A DNA stretch of 64,000 nucleotides from a virus (taxonomy: Duplodnaviria > Caudoviricetes): IMG/VR virus record IMGVR_UViG_3300010885_080481. One strand, 5' to 3'. The translations under genes and the position numbers were made by a program. Shown here piece by piece: positions 9,904 through 19,539 of this stretch (within the stretch, counting starts at the first letter, position 1; the number at the start of each line of letters is the position of its first letter). Below the pieces are notes generated by a model. It was not told the origin of the DNA. It did no database searches and saw only the letters and a program-made list of their open reading frames with translations.

Positions 9904-10847
9904 AAAAGATTCTAATCAATAGAAAGATCGTTACTGGACCTTACGGTGGTGGTAACAATTTTCTAAAATCAATTCATGATTTTTTGCTGAGTAAAAATCA
10001 TCATATAGTCTATGACCTATCGCACAAGGACATTGATCTGATCATTATGCATGATCCTAGGTACGATGAACTGGGAATTTCTGTTAACGAAATAGCTGCT
10101 TATAAAAGAGCATTTCCAAAAACCAAAGTGTTGCATAGAATTAATGAATGTGACGCAAGAAAAGGAACTAATGAGGTAGATAAACTCCTTATGATTTCTA
10201 ATTCAATTGCTGATGAAACTGTTTTTATTAGTGAATGGTTGAAAGAATACTTTGTAAGCAGAGGATTCAATAAGAGCTCCACTGTAATCTATAATGGTTG
10301 CAATTCATCATATTTTTATCCAAGAAATAATTTCCAAAAATTGAACTTGGATTGCCCAGTAAAGATTGTCACTCATCACTGGAGTGACAATTGGATGAAA
10401 GGATTCGATGCCTACAAATATCTTGATGAGATTTGTAAGAAGAATTCAGAAAAATATCAGTTTACATACATTGGTCGCTATGCTAAACAATATTCACCTG
10501 TAGCTACAAAAATAGTAGAACCCTTACATGGTAAAGAATTAGGCGATGAGTTAAGAAAACATGACGTATATATAACAGCGTCAAGATGGGAACCTTGCGG
10601 AATGCATCACATAGAAGGCGCCGCTTCAGGATTACCAGTACTTTACCATTCTGATGGAGGCGGCATAGTAGAAGGTTGCCAGAAACACGGAGTGATGTTT
10701 TCAAACGTCGAAGAGATGATTACGAAATTGAATGATTTGTTGAATGATTATTCTTCTATAAGATCAAAAATAGATTATGATTTTTTTTCTATTGATAGAT
10801 GTATTAAAGACTACTATTCTATAATTGAAAAAATGCTGTTAGGTTAA
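9900..10847 (+). CDS. Glycosyltransferase family 4-like (GT-B)
   Basis: GPYGGGNNF, HRINE, IYNG, KGFD, EPCGMHHIEGAASGLPVLY. Confidence 0.85.
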   Translation: MKKILINRKIVTGPYGGGNNFLKSIHDFLLSKNHHIVYDLSHKDIDLIIMHDPRYDELGISVNEIAAYKRAFPKTKVLHRINECDARKGTNEVDKLLMISNSIADETVFISEWLKEYFVSRGFNKSSTVIYNGCNSSYFYPRNNFQKLNLDCPVKIVTHHWSDNWMKGFDAYKYLDEICKKNSEKYQFTYIGRYAKQYSPVATKIVEPLHGKELGDELRKHDVYITASRWEPCGMHHIEGAASGLPVLYHSDGGGIVEGCQKHGVMFSNVEEMITKLNDLLNDYSSIRSKIDYDFFSIDRCIKDYYSIIEKMLLG

Positions 10848-10850
10848 AAA

Positions 10851-11666
10851 ATGAAAAGAGCTGCAATAGGTTATCTGAGTTACGTCACAGAAAAAAACAA
10901 AAGTTTAAGATTGTTAGATTTTTATAAAAGTCTAGAATCTTTGTCACTTTTGGATAAGCAAATTTCAGATATTATTTCTATTGATAATTCTTCAATTTTT
11001 GAAGTTAGAGAGGCATTAAGTAACAACAAGTCTTTTGATTTTAAATTTCATTATGAAAAAAACTTTTACGACGTTTCTTTGTTTTACACTACGATGTGGT
11101 ATGCTAAACTAAATTGTTTAGATTATATCTGCTTTTTGTACGATGATTTTATAGTGTATGATGATGCTCTGCAAGATTCTATAGCTTTTTTAGATTCTAA
11201 TAAAGAAGTTTCTTGTGTAAGAATCCCAGCATACGATTTCAACAATCAAAAACATTTTGATACAAATTTTACGCCTAAGTCGATAAACCCAGATTCTGTT
11301 AGACATTATAATTCAGTTACAACAAAAGCTTTGACTTGGCAAGGACCGTTCAACATAAAAAATCATAATTTTTACGTGAATAATTGGCATTATACTTCTA
11401 GACCGACTATTTGGAGAAGAGAATATTTTGAAAAAATTCTAGATTCTCAAGGTTCTATAAGCAAAGTACTACAAGGTTTTGAATCATGGGCTTGTAAGGC
11501 TTTTTGTAATGCTAATTTAGTGACAGGAGTTCTAGATAAAGGGATGGTGGTAACAACTCCTGTAAAAAACTCAGCGCGAGGAATCGAGGTGAGTCCAAGA
11601 GAAGAAGCGGTTATAGACATTCAAGTCGATGAATTGAAAAAAGAATTTGAGACGTTCATAAAATGA
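10851..11666 (+). CDS. Putative GT-A-fold glycosyltransferase (divergent)
   Basis: DYICFLYDDFIV (DxD-like), RPTIWRREY..K; embedded in the glycan cluster. Confidence 0.5.
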   Translation: MKRAAIGYLSYVTEKNKSLRLLDFYKSLESLSLLDKQISDIISIDNSSIFEVREALSNNKSFDFKFHYEKNFYDVSLFYTTMWYAKLNCLDYICFLYDDFIVYDDALQDSIAFLDSNKEVSCVRIPAYDFNNQKHFDTNFTPKSINPDSVRHYNSVTTKALTWQGPFNIKNHNFYVNNWHYTSRPTIWRREYFEKILDSQGSISKVLQGFESWACKAFCNANLVTGVLDKGMVVTTPVKNSARGIEVSPREEAVIDIQVDELKKEFETFIK

Positions 11667-12652
11667 AAATAATTGCGATAACACCAGATAAAAAACTAGA
11701 TTCAGTTTGCTCAGTCGTTATCGAAGGAATGAATGAAAGCAATGTTGAAGTAATAGCAACTGATCCTGGTAACTCTGTAATTAGAGTATATTCAGAAAAA
11801 GAAGTCATTGATCATGCAAAAAACGCTGATTTTATTTTTGCATTTTGGGGAAAAATAAGAGGAAATAACTCTCCACGTTATCATCTTTTAGAAAAGATAA
11901 TTAGACCAGAAATATCAGTCTATATCGATGGAAGCGAGTGGACAGCGACTGGATATCCTGACGGAGATAAAACAATCTCCGCTCCGTGGGGCAATGTTAA
12001 TAGCCAAGTTTATGAAGCAAAATTTGACCCTAAAAGGTGTAAAGGTAATCCTTGGATTAACGAAAGAATGAAAAATTTTTGTAAATGGTATTTCAAAAGA
12101 GAATGCTATCCTGAAGATGTAAATCAAGGAATCATACCTTTACCAATAGGCTGCCAAAATAAGTTTTTTGGAAATTACAACTTAAAAAAAGACATTGATG
12201 TATTTTGTTCTTTTGGACAAGTCGCTAACGGGTATCGATACGAGATAGAAAATTTTTGTAAAGATCTTAAAAACAAAGGTTATAATGTCGTCGTAAAAAA
12301 AGGATTAGAATATCAAGATTATTTGAGACATATTAACAGATCTTATATTTCTATTTCTTCGTGGGGAGCAGGAAATAGCTGCATGAGAATGTGGGAAAAC
12401 ATGGCAAATGAATCTTGTTGCTTTGCTCAAAGAACAGAAACTCTATTTCCAGATAAACCTGTTGACGGGCAGCATTACGTAGAATACTCTGACATGGATG
12501 AATTTAGAGAAAAGATATTCTATTATCTGTCAAGAAAAGAAGAATGCAAAAAGATTGGTGAGAATGGACGAAAATTTGTTAAAGAATTTCATTCTGGAAG
12601 AGCTAGGTTTGACTACATCATTAGACATTTAACAAGTGGTATACGTAAATGA
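11663..12652 (+). CDS. Putative GT-B glycosyltransferase (CgeB-like C-terminal domain)
   Basis: KDIDVFCSFG, SYISIS, GAGNSCMRMWE, GQHYVEY, EKIFYYL...KKIGENGRKFV...HS...R. Confidence 0.7.
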   Translation: MKIIAITPDKKLDSVCSVVIEGMNESNVEVIATDPGNSVIRVYSEKEVIDHAKNADFIFAFWGKIRGNNSPRYHLLEKIIRPEISVYIDGSEWTATGYPDGDKTISAPWGNVNSQVYEAKFDPKRCKGNPWINERMKNFCKWYFKRECYPEDVNQGIIPLPIGCQNKFFGNYNLKKDIDVFCSFGQVANGYRYEIENFCKDLKNKGYNVVVKKGLEYQDYLRHINRSYISISSWGAGNSCMRMWENMANESCCFAQRTETLFPDKPVDGQHYVEYSDMDEFREKIFYYLSRKEECKKIGENGRKFVKEFHSGRARFDYIIRHLTSGIRK

Positions 12653-13452
12653 AAGCTATCAGTTTAGTTTTTGAATATGATTTTGATAAGCAGGTCGATA
12701 GTGGCAGGACCTGGGGGAAAACTGGATATAAAACTAAAGATTTTATCTTTGAGTATTCTGCTGCATCGTTTGCTACTTTCGCTCATCATAATCGTGATGT
12801 AACATTCCATCATGAAATAATGACAGATGATAAACATCTGTTGGAAGAAAAGTTAAAGCAGTATGCAGTGAATTTTTCAAAGCTTTCTATTATTGAAGAC
12901 AAGCAGGCGATAGCAGGTTGGAAAAATCACAGATATTGTTTTAATCCTGCAATGATGCATTTAAAACTTTATGAGAACGAAAAAAATCAAATACTAAAAT
13001 TGGACAATGATCTTGAATGTAAAAAACCATTAACGGATCTAATAGAAAATAAAGAAATCATTTTTTGGAAACATGAAAGGAATGTTTCTAAAGGTAGAGA
13101 ATACTGGGGAGAGAGAGAAGCATCAAGAAAAGCTTTTGGGACCGAAGACTACGAACTTTATAACATTGGGGTACTAGGTTTGCCTTCAGGAGAAAAATCT
13201 TTATTAATAAATGAGATGATTGATGCAGGTTATAAGATGTCAGAAGTTGACATAAGCAAAACAGTTCATTTTCCTGAACGACCTGAATTAAAAGTTTCTA
13301 TTTGGTCTTGCTCAGAACAGACTGCTTATTGTTACATAACTCAAAAAAATAAGTTGTCTATAAAAACCTGCGAAGATTACATCAATCATCACTGCTATGG
13401 TTTTGATTCTAAAAAAGATTGTATAAATGCAGCATCTTTTTTAAGGAAGTAA
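12649..13452 (+). CDS. Putative GT-A-fold/nucleotide-diphospho-sugar transferase (divergent)
   Basis: LKLDNDL (DxD), YNIGVLG, SEQTA; cluster context only. Confidence 0.45.
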   Translation: MKAISLVFEYDFDKQVDSGRTWGKTGYKTKDFIFEYSAASFATFAHHNRDVTFHHEIMTDDKHLLEEKLKQYAVNFSKLSIIEDKQAIAGWKNHRYCFNPAMMHLKLYENEKNQILKLDNDLECKKPLTDLIENKEIIFWKHERNVSKGREYWGEREASRKAFGTEDYELYNIGVLGLPSGEKSLLINEMIDAGYKMSEVDISKTVHFPERPELKVSIWSCSEQTAYCYITQKNKLSIKTCEDYINHHCYGFDSKKDCINAASFLRK

Positions 13453-13455
13453 ATT

Positions 13456-14223
13456 ATGAAAGCTGAAGTCTCTGATATCTGCGCAGTTACTTATACAAAT
13501 TCAAATTGTCATGATGTACTACAAGTTCATTTAGGACAATTGGATAAATTTGCATCAGGCGTAAAAAGTTATGTACTGACTGATAAGAGTCCTGCTTATC
13601 CCTTAATAGATCATGAAGTTATCTTATATGATAATAACGACTTTTATTATAAGCAGTGGTTGTCTTCCTTAGAACAAATTCAACAAAATTATATCATTTA
13701 TTTGCAAGAAGATTTTTTTCTTTATGACCACGTTAATTACGAAGAACTATCACGTTGTAAGTCTTTCTTAGAAAGTTCAGATTATTCTTTTGTCAGATTC
13801 GCAAAATTTGATTTGCGCAGAGGCATTCATGATTCAAAATTCAAACTAAAAGAATTTCCAGATAGGTTAATTTCAAACAAAATTTATGATGCTTACACAT
13901 TGGACAAAGATTGCTTCTCTTTTATGATGCAAGCAACTCTATGGAAGAAGAAAGATTTTATTAATTTGTATGATCACGTTAAGTCAGAAAAATGGTTTGA
14001 AAATTCTGATTGGGATAAAGGTATTAGAGATCTAAAGATTAAAGGAACCTTCCATCATGATGAATCTCGGCAGTTAGGAAAATTTCATTGGGAATCAAAA
14101 ATTTGGCCTCATATTTGTACTGCTGTTGGCAAAGGGAAATGGAGCTTGTCTCATCATGATCGTAAATTAACTGACATGTTAGCTGAATATAAAATAGACG
14201 TTAACAAAAGAGGGACTAGATAA
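13456..14223 (+). CDS. Putative GT-A-fold glycosyltransferase (divergent)
   Basis: YIIYLQEDFFL, QATLWKK, GKW; cluster context only. Confidence 0.5.
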   Translation: MKAEVSDICAVTYTNSNCHDVLQVHLGQLDKFASGVKSYVLTDKSPAYPLIDHEVILYDNNDFYYKQWLSSLEQIQQNYIIYLQEDFFLYDHVNYEELSRCKSFLESSDYSFVRFAKFDLRRGIHDSKFKLKEFPDRLISNKIYDAYTLDKDCFSFMMQATLWKKKDFINLYDHVKSEKWFENSDWDKGIRDLKIKGTFHHDESRQLGKFHWESKIWPHICTAVGKGKWSLSHHDRKLTDMLAEYKIDVNKRGTR

Positions 14224-14224
14224 C

Positions 14225-15253
14225 ATGAAAAAAGCGCTTGTTTGTGGAGCTGGTGGATTTATAGGTTCTCACTTAGTTAAACGTCTAAAGTCTGAGGGAT
14301 ATTGGGTTAGAGGAGTTGACTTAAAATATCCTGAATTTTCTGAGTCTGTTACGGATGAATTTGTGATAGCTGACCTTAGAAGACTTGAAAATGTGGAGTC
14401 TTCTTTGCTTGTCAATAAAAATTGCAAAAATGAATTTGAAAGCGGATTTGACGAAATTTACCAATTAGCTGCTGACATGGGCGGTGCAGGTTACATATTC
14501 ACTGGACAACATGATGCAGATGTCATGCATAATTCAGCAACTATTAATTTGAATGTAGCACATGTAGCAATTAAATTCAAAAACAAACCGAAGGTTTTTT
14601 ATTCTTCTTCTGCATGCATATATCCTGCGTATAATCAGGAAGATCCTGAAAATCCAAAGTGCACCGAAGAATCTGCATATCCCGCAGCACCAGATAGTGA
14701 ATATGGATGGGAAAAGTTATTTAGCGAAAGATTATATTTGTCCTTTGCAAGAAATTACGGTTTGACCGTGAGGATAGCTAGATTTCATAACATATTCGGT
14801 CCAGAAGGAACTTGGCGTGGCGGCAAAGAAAAAGCTCCTGCTGCGATGTGCAGAAAAGTAACAGAAGCTAATCCTGGCGACTCCATAGAAGTATGGGGCG
14901 ATGGCAAACAAACAAGATCATTTTTATATGTTGAAGAGTGTGTTGAAGCAGTCAGGCGCCTAATGGATTCAGAATTCTCTGGGCCTGTAAACGTAGGATC
15001 AGAAGAGATGATATCTCTAAATGATTTTGCTAAAATGGTCATTAGTATTTCTGGAAAAGATTTACATGTAAAAAATATAGAAGGTAAAGAGTTTGAAGAA
15101 AAATATGGATTCAAATGTCCTGTCGGCGTAAGAGGTAGAAACTCTGATAATACATTGATTAAAGAAAAAATAGGATGGGACTATACTCAAACCCTAAAGC
15201 ATGGAATGGAAAAAACTTATCAATGGATCTATGATCAGAATAAAAATTTATGA
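14225..15253 (+). CDS. GDP-mannose 3,5-epimerase-like extended SDR
   Basis: CGAGGFIGSHL, QLAADMGGAGYI, YSSSACIYP, PDSEYGWEKL, RFHNIFGP, GGKEKAPAAMCRK, GVRGRNSDN. Confidence 0.88.
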   Translation: MKKALVCGAGGFIGSHLVKRLKSEGYWVRGVDLKYPEFSESVTDEFVIADLRRLENVESSLLVNKNCKNEFESGFDEIYQLAADMGGAGYIFTGQHDADVMHNSATINLNVAHVAIKFKNKPKVFYSSSACIYPAYNQEDPENPKCTEESAYPAAPDSEYGWEKLFSERLYLSFARNYGLTVRIARFHNIFGPEGTWRGGKEKAPAAMCRKVTEANPGDSIEVWGDGKQTRSFLYVEECVEAVRRLMDSEFSGPVNVGSEEMISLNDFAKMVISISGKDLHVKNIEGKEFEEKYGFKCPVGVRGRNSDNTLIKEKIGWDYTQTLKHGMEKTYQWIYDQNKNL

Positions 15254-16071
15254 GCATTATTGACACAATTCCTGATTTGAAAAAAGTAATTTCTTCTATC
15301 TGCGATTCTAAAGAAGAATTTTCCTTTTTTTACAATTTAACCCCTAGGCAACTATTCGAACTTTCTAGTCTAGAAAGTTTTAGAAAAGATCAAGTTGAAT
15401 TTGCGAGTCTAATAGATTCATTAAACGATAATTCTTTAAAAATTTTAAGAGAAGAAGTTTTTTCTATAATAAAAAGTCCCAAGAAAAAATCAGGAAATCA
15501 GTTTGGCTTTTATCACAATAACTTTGGTAGTTCTAAAGAAAGAATGAAACTTACTTTAGAATTATTACAAAAATCTGTATGTAGAAACCCTGAACTAAAA
15601 ATCTGCGAGTTAGGAACGAACGCAGGTGGGTGGACCATGTTATGGTTTTTGCATAATAACATGATAGATCCAAAAAAGTATATTGGGTGCGATATAATCC
15701 CAGATTACTGCAGGCTGTTAAAGGTTTTTGGATCCAACATCTTACCAATAAATCTAGCAAAAGAAGATCCAACAAAGATCTTAGAAAAAAACAATGATTT
15801 GTTGATTATTACTGAAGTAGTTGAACATATGCCAGATGAACAATCTGGTATGCAACTTTTAGAAAATTCGTGTAATCTATTGTCACCTCATGCTGACATG
15901 ATTATTTCTTATCCGCGCGTAGTCAAAGATATATCTAATGATCCTATTGGGCATCATTATCAACCTATTTTACAGAAAATTAATGAAAGAGTAGGATTAA
16001 AATTCTCTAAAATTGAGATGTATTTTGATGGCGTCAGAGAATATCATTATTTCATTGATTATAAAACTTGA
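15250..16071 (+). CDS. Class I SAM-dependent methyltransferase
   Basis: ICELGTNAGG, IGCDI, TEVVEHMP. Confidence 0.65.
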   Translation: MSIIDTIPDLKKVISSICDSKEEFSFFYNLTPRQLFELSSLESFRKDQVEFASLIDSLNDNSLKILREEVFSIIKSPKKKSGNQFGFYHNNFGSSKERMKLTLELLQKSVCRNPELKICELGTNAGGWTMLWFLHNNMIDPKKYIGCDIIPDYCRLLKVFGSNILPINLAKEDPTKILEKNNDLLIITEVVEHMPDEQSGMQLLENSCNLLSPHADMIISYPRVVKDISNDPIGHHYQPILQKINERVGLKFSKIEMYFDGVREYHYFIDYKT

Positions 16072-16097
16072 TTAAAACTAAAATATAAAATTTAATT

Positions 16098-16877
16098 ATG
16101 AAAATTGGACTTTGCATAACAAATCATTCTTCACAAAAAATCAGACCATATGGTAGGGATTTACTAGTAAATGCATTTCAAAGCTTTATAAAAAATTGCA
16201 AATATAATTTTGAGATCATCATAGTAGATAACCAATCAGATTTTCGTCTTGACAATTCTTCTCATGAACTGTTAACGAATTCCAACGTTCATTACATCTA
16301 TGTAGAAGATCAATGGAAACGTGGCCTAACTGGGGCCTGGAATGAAGGAATAAAAAAAGCTGTTGAATTAAATTGCGATATTATCTTAAACTCAAATGAT
16401 GATTTAATTTTTAATGAATCTATTAATGATTTTATCGAAAAAATAATTTTGAATGAGCATAAAGATATTTCCGTATTTGGTCCATTGACTAATGGTGTGA
16501 ATGGATCTTTTGTAAAGATCCAATATTCAGAAAATACGAATCCAAACTTATCTAAAGAAATAGTAGCTAACGGTTGGGAAGGGTTTGTCAGCGGTTTCTT
16601 TTTTGGTTTCACTAAAAACTTCTACAAAAAATTTACTTATCCTGACGGGGATCTATTTGCTGAATTTGATAAATTCGATAAATCTTACATTCACAAGTAT
16701 GCAGGAGATTGTGGCAAATGGGGCGGACAAGAGATGGAAATTTTGAGATTTAAGGAGTCTGGTGGTAAGGTTTTCGTTATTGGAGAATGTTGGATTTATC
16801 ATCTAAAAAAGAGAGACTGGAACAAAGCTAGACAAATTGCAGGCGAGTATGGATGGCATTTGTCTGAAAAATTTTGA
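16098..16877 (+). CDS. Glycosyltransferase family 2
   Basis: IIIVDNQS, GLTGAWNEGIK, LNSNDDL, GPLTN, GFFFG, WIYHLK. Confidence 0.85.
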   Translation: MKIGLCITNHSSQKIRPYGRDLLVNAFQSFIKNCKYNFEIIIVDNQSDFRLDNSSHELLTNSNVHYIYVEDQWKRGLTGAWNEGIKKAVELNCDIILNSNDDLIFNESINDFIEKIILNEHKDISVFGPLTNGVNGSFVKIQYSENTNPNLSKEIVANGWEGFVSGFFFGFTKNFYKKFTYPDGDLFAEFDKFDKSYIHKYAGDCGKWGGQEMEILRFKESGGKVFVIGECWIYHLKKRDWNKARQIAGEYGWHLSEKF

Positions 16878-16892
16878 GTTAAAGGACAAAAT

Positions 16893-17531
16893 ATGTTGAA
16901 AGTAAGCGAAAAAAACTATGAAAAAGACTTTGAAACTTCAACTCGTCTGGTAGGCAAAGAAAGAAATTCATGCCATTACTTGAAAGCTCTTTTTAACACT
17001 TTGGTAGAATTCAAGCCTCGTGTTTGTATTGAGATAGGTACTAACACAGGAAACACTACGAAGGTGTTTCAAAGATATTTTGATCAGCATATGCCATCTG
17101 GCCTTTTAGTCACTTGCGATATAAAAAAATATGTTGATTTGTCACCACTGAAAAACGTAAAACAATTGATAGTAGCCCACCACATTCCACACATAGAAAA
17201 ATTCCATAAAGTAAAAAAAGAAGAACTTAGCTTTTTTCCAGAAAATTCTGTTTCAGTTAACACACAATTGTTAAAAGATGTTGCTCAAGAGTATGATTTC
17301 GCATTTATTGACGGAGATCATACGAAAGATTCTTTTTTCAAAGACATTGAAATTTGTGAAAATGTGCTGAAAGATCCTAAGTTAATGTTGTTGGACGACA
17401 CAAAGGAGCCTTTCCATGAATGCTCTCAAGCATATTTTGACATTGTGAAAAAAGATGAAAAATATGAAACTTACGATTTCGAAGATTGGAAAAAGTTTGT
17501 TGGTTGTTCTTTAATAAGAAAGAAATTATGA
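16893..17531 (+). CDS. SAM-dependent methyltransferase (Methyltransf_24-like)
   Basis: IEIGTNTGNT, YDFAFIDGDH, LLDDT. Confidence 0.85.
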   Translation: MLKVSEKNYEKDFETSTRLVGKERNSCHYLKALFNTLVEFKPRVCIEIGTNTGNTTKVFQRYFDQHMPSGLLVTCDIKKYVDLSPLKNVKQLIVAHHIPHIEKFHKVKKEELSFFPENSVSVNTQLLKDVAQEYDFAFIDGDHTKDSFFKDIEICENVLKDPKLMLLDDTKEPFHECSQAYFDIVKKDEKYETYDFEDWKKFVGCSLIRKKL

Positions 17532-18568
17532 AAACTTGTCTTGTAACTGGAGCAGCTGGGTTAATTGGGTCAGAAGTAGCTAGATACTTCCTTGATCTTG
17601 GATGTAAGGTCGTCGGCGTTGACAACAACATGAGAAAATGGTTCTTCGGTCCCAGTGGCGACACCGAACATGTTGCGGAATCTTTGTTAAATAATGTAAA
17701 CTATTTTCATGAAAGTTGCGACATAAGAGACAGAGCCGAAATTGAAAGAATCTTTAAACAAAAGAAACCTGATTTCATCGTCCATGCCGCCGCTCAACCT
17801 TCTCACGATTTGGCTGCAAAAATACCTTACGAAGATTTTCATACAAATGCAGTAGGTACCTTGAATTTGTTAGAATCAACAAGGCAATTTTGTAAAGATT
17901 CGCCATTCATCCAAGTCAGCACAAATAAGGTTTACGGCGACACGCCTAATAGGCTTAAGCTGGTAGAAAAAGATACACGTTACGATTATTTTGAAAAAGA
18001 TTTGTACGAAGGTATCGATGAAACGATGTCGATAGATCAGACTACTCATTCTTTGTTCGGAGCATCAAAAACAGCAGGAGATCTACTAGCACAAGAATAT
18101 GGTAGGTATTTCAACATGCCAGTTGGCGTGTTTAGAGGAGGATGTCTAACGGGTCCTCAGCATGCCGGTGTCGAATTACACGGATTTTTATCGTATATTG
18201 TGAAATGTGCAGTACAGAATAAACCATACACAATTTTTGGGTATAAAGGGAAACAAGTTAGAGATCAAATACACTCTTACGATGTGTGCACAGCCTTCTA
18301 CGAATTTATAAAATCGCCACGTGCGGGTGAAGTCTATAATATCGGAGGTTGTCGCGACAATAGTGCTTCTATCTTGGAGATTATTCATGTCTTAAAAGAC
18401 ATGGGTTATGATTTGAAATTTTCTATTTCAGATACACCTCGAATGGGTGATCACATTTGTTACATCACTAACATGTCCAAATTCAAATCACACTTTCCAG
18501 CTTGGAAACACGAAAAAGATTTGAACACAACAATTAAAGAGATTGTAGAATCTTCCAAAATTAAATGA
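17528..18568 (+). CDS. CDP-paratose 2-epimerase (RfbE/Tyv)-like extended SDR
   Basis: VTGAAGLIG, HAAAQPSHD, STNKVYGD, HSLFGASK, FRGGCLTGP, GKQVRDQIH, RMGDHICY. Start moved to ATG 17528 (ATGA overlap). Confidence 0.82.
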   Translation: MKTCLVTGAAGLIGSEVARYFLDLGCKVVGVDNNMRKWFFGPSGDTEHVAESLLNNVNYFHESCDIRDRAEIERIFKQKKPDFIVHAAAQPSHDLAAKIPYEDFHTNAVGTLNLLESTRQFCKDSPFIQVSTNKVYGDTPNRLKLVEKDTRYDYFEKDLYEGIDETMSIDQTTHSLFGASKTAGDLLAQEYGRYFNMPVGVFRGGCLTGPQHAGVELHGFLSYIVKCAVQNKPYTIFGYKGKQVRDQIHSYDVCTAFYEFIKSPRAGEVYNIGGCRDNSASILEIIHVLKDMGYDLKFSISDTPRMGDHICYITNMSKFKSHFPAWKHEKDLNTTIKEIVESSKIK

Positions 18569-19503
18569 AAAAAGTATCCTTTGGAATAGTCAACTGTAAC
18601 CGGCTTTTCTATCTTAGAAGTTGTTTAGAGTCTTTGTTGGACACCACATCAGGTTACGAAAATAAAGAGTTCTTTGTAGTAGATAATGCATCTGTCGAAT
18701 CAGGGACGGAAGAGTACCTAAAGAACATAGAATCTAGAGGCGTAACTGTCATTAGAAAAAAAGAAAGAAATCCGGCAAATGAATTTGCAATTGGATTAAA
18801 TTCAATTATTTCTGAAGCCTCTGGTGATTATGTTTGTTTGTTACAAGGTGACATGCAGTTCGTGCTTCCTGATTGGCTGAATGACATCATCAGTTTTTAT
18901 GAAAAGAACCTTGACATCGTTGGAAGCGTTATGTTGGATGCTCAAAGAAGAATCACGCATGATTCTCATCAAATTGTCAAGTTTTCTCAGGACAGACATC
19001 CTACGTTTTGCAAGAATATATTCTATGCAGACGTGTCTAGAGATCCAATCAGCCCCGCTGCCGACGCCATTTTTAGCAGAAAAGTAATAGAACAAATCGC
19101 TCCCTGGAGTGAGAGAAATGTGAACCATGAAGGAAGTCTAGATTCAGAGAATGAAATGCGTTATAGGGTTCTTAGAATGATGAAGGAAGGTAGCATACCG
19201 CAGTATACAACGGCGTTATCATCTGTTCCTCAAGCTATTGCAATTTACACGGACCCGCGCGGGACGCAAGGTCGAGTCCGAGGAAATAAAAGGTACGGTC
19301 AGTACTGGCCCGCAAAAGATGCTTCAGGTTGGAAATACTATGAGTATATAAATGAGCATCAGTTTGATTTGTCAAAGGTAAATTCGATAGAAGAAGTGGC
19401 AAATCCCATTGGATTTGCGAAGTTTCTTGATGAAAAAGGTAACTGGTTAAAGAACCCGATTAGACCGGAATCAGCATCAACAGAAGATTGGACAGAACTG
19501 TAA
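18565..19503 (+). CDS. Glycosyltransferase family 2
   Basis: GIVNCNR, VVDNASVESGT, GDYVCLLQGD. Confidence 0.8.
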   Translation: MKKVSFGIVNCNRLFYLRSCLESLLDTTSGYENKEFFVVDNASVESGTEEYLKNIESRGVTVIRKKERNPANEFAIGLNSIISEASGDYVCLLQGDMQFVLPDWLNDIISFYEKNLDIVGSVMLDAQRRITHDSHQIVKFSQDRHPTFCKNIFYADVSRDPISPAADAIFSRKVIEQIAPWSERNVNHEGSLDSENEMRYRVLRMMKEGSIPQYTTALSSVPQAIAIYTDPRGTQGRVRGNKRYGQYWPAKDASGWKYYEYINEHQFDLSKVNSIEEVANPIGFAKFLDEKGNWLKNPIRPESASTEDWTEL

Positions 19504-19539
19504 AACAATCATCAAACTGAGTATATAGTCATACTTCAT

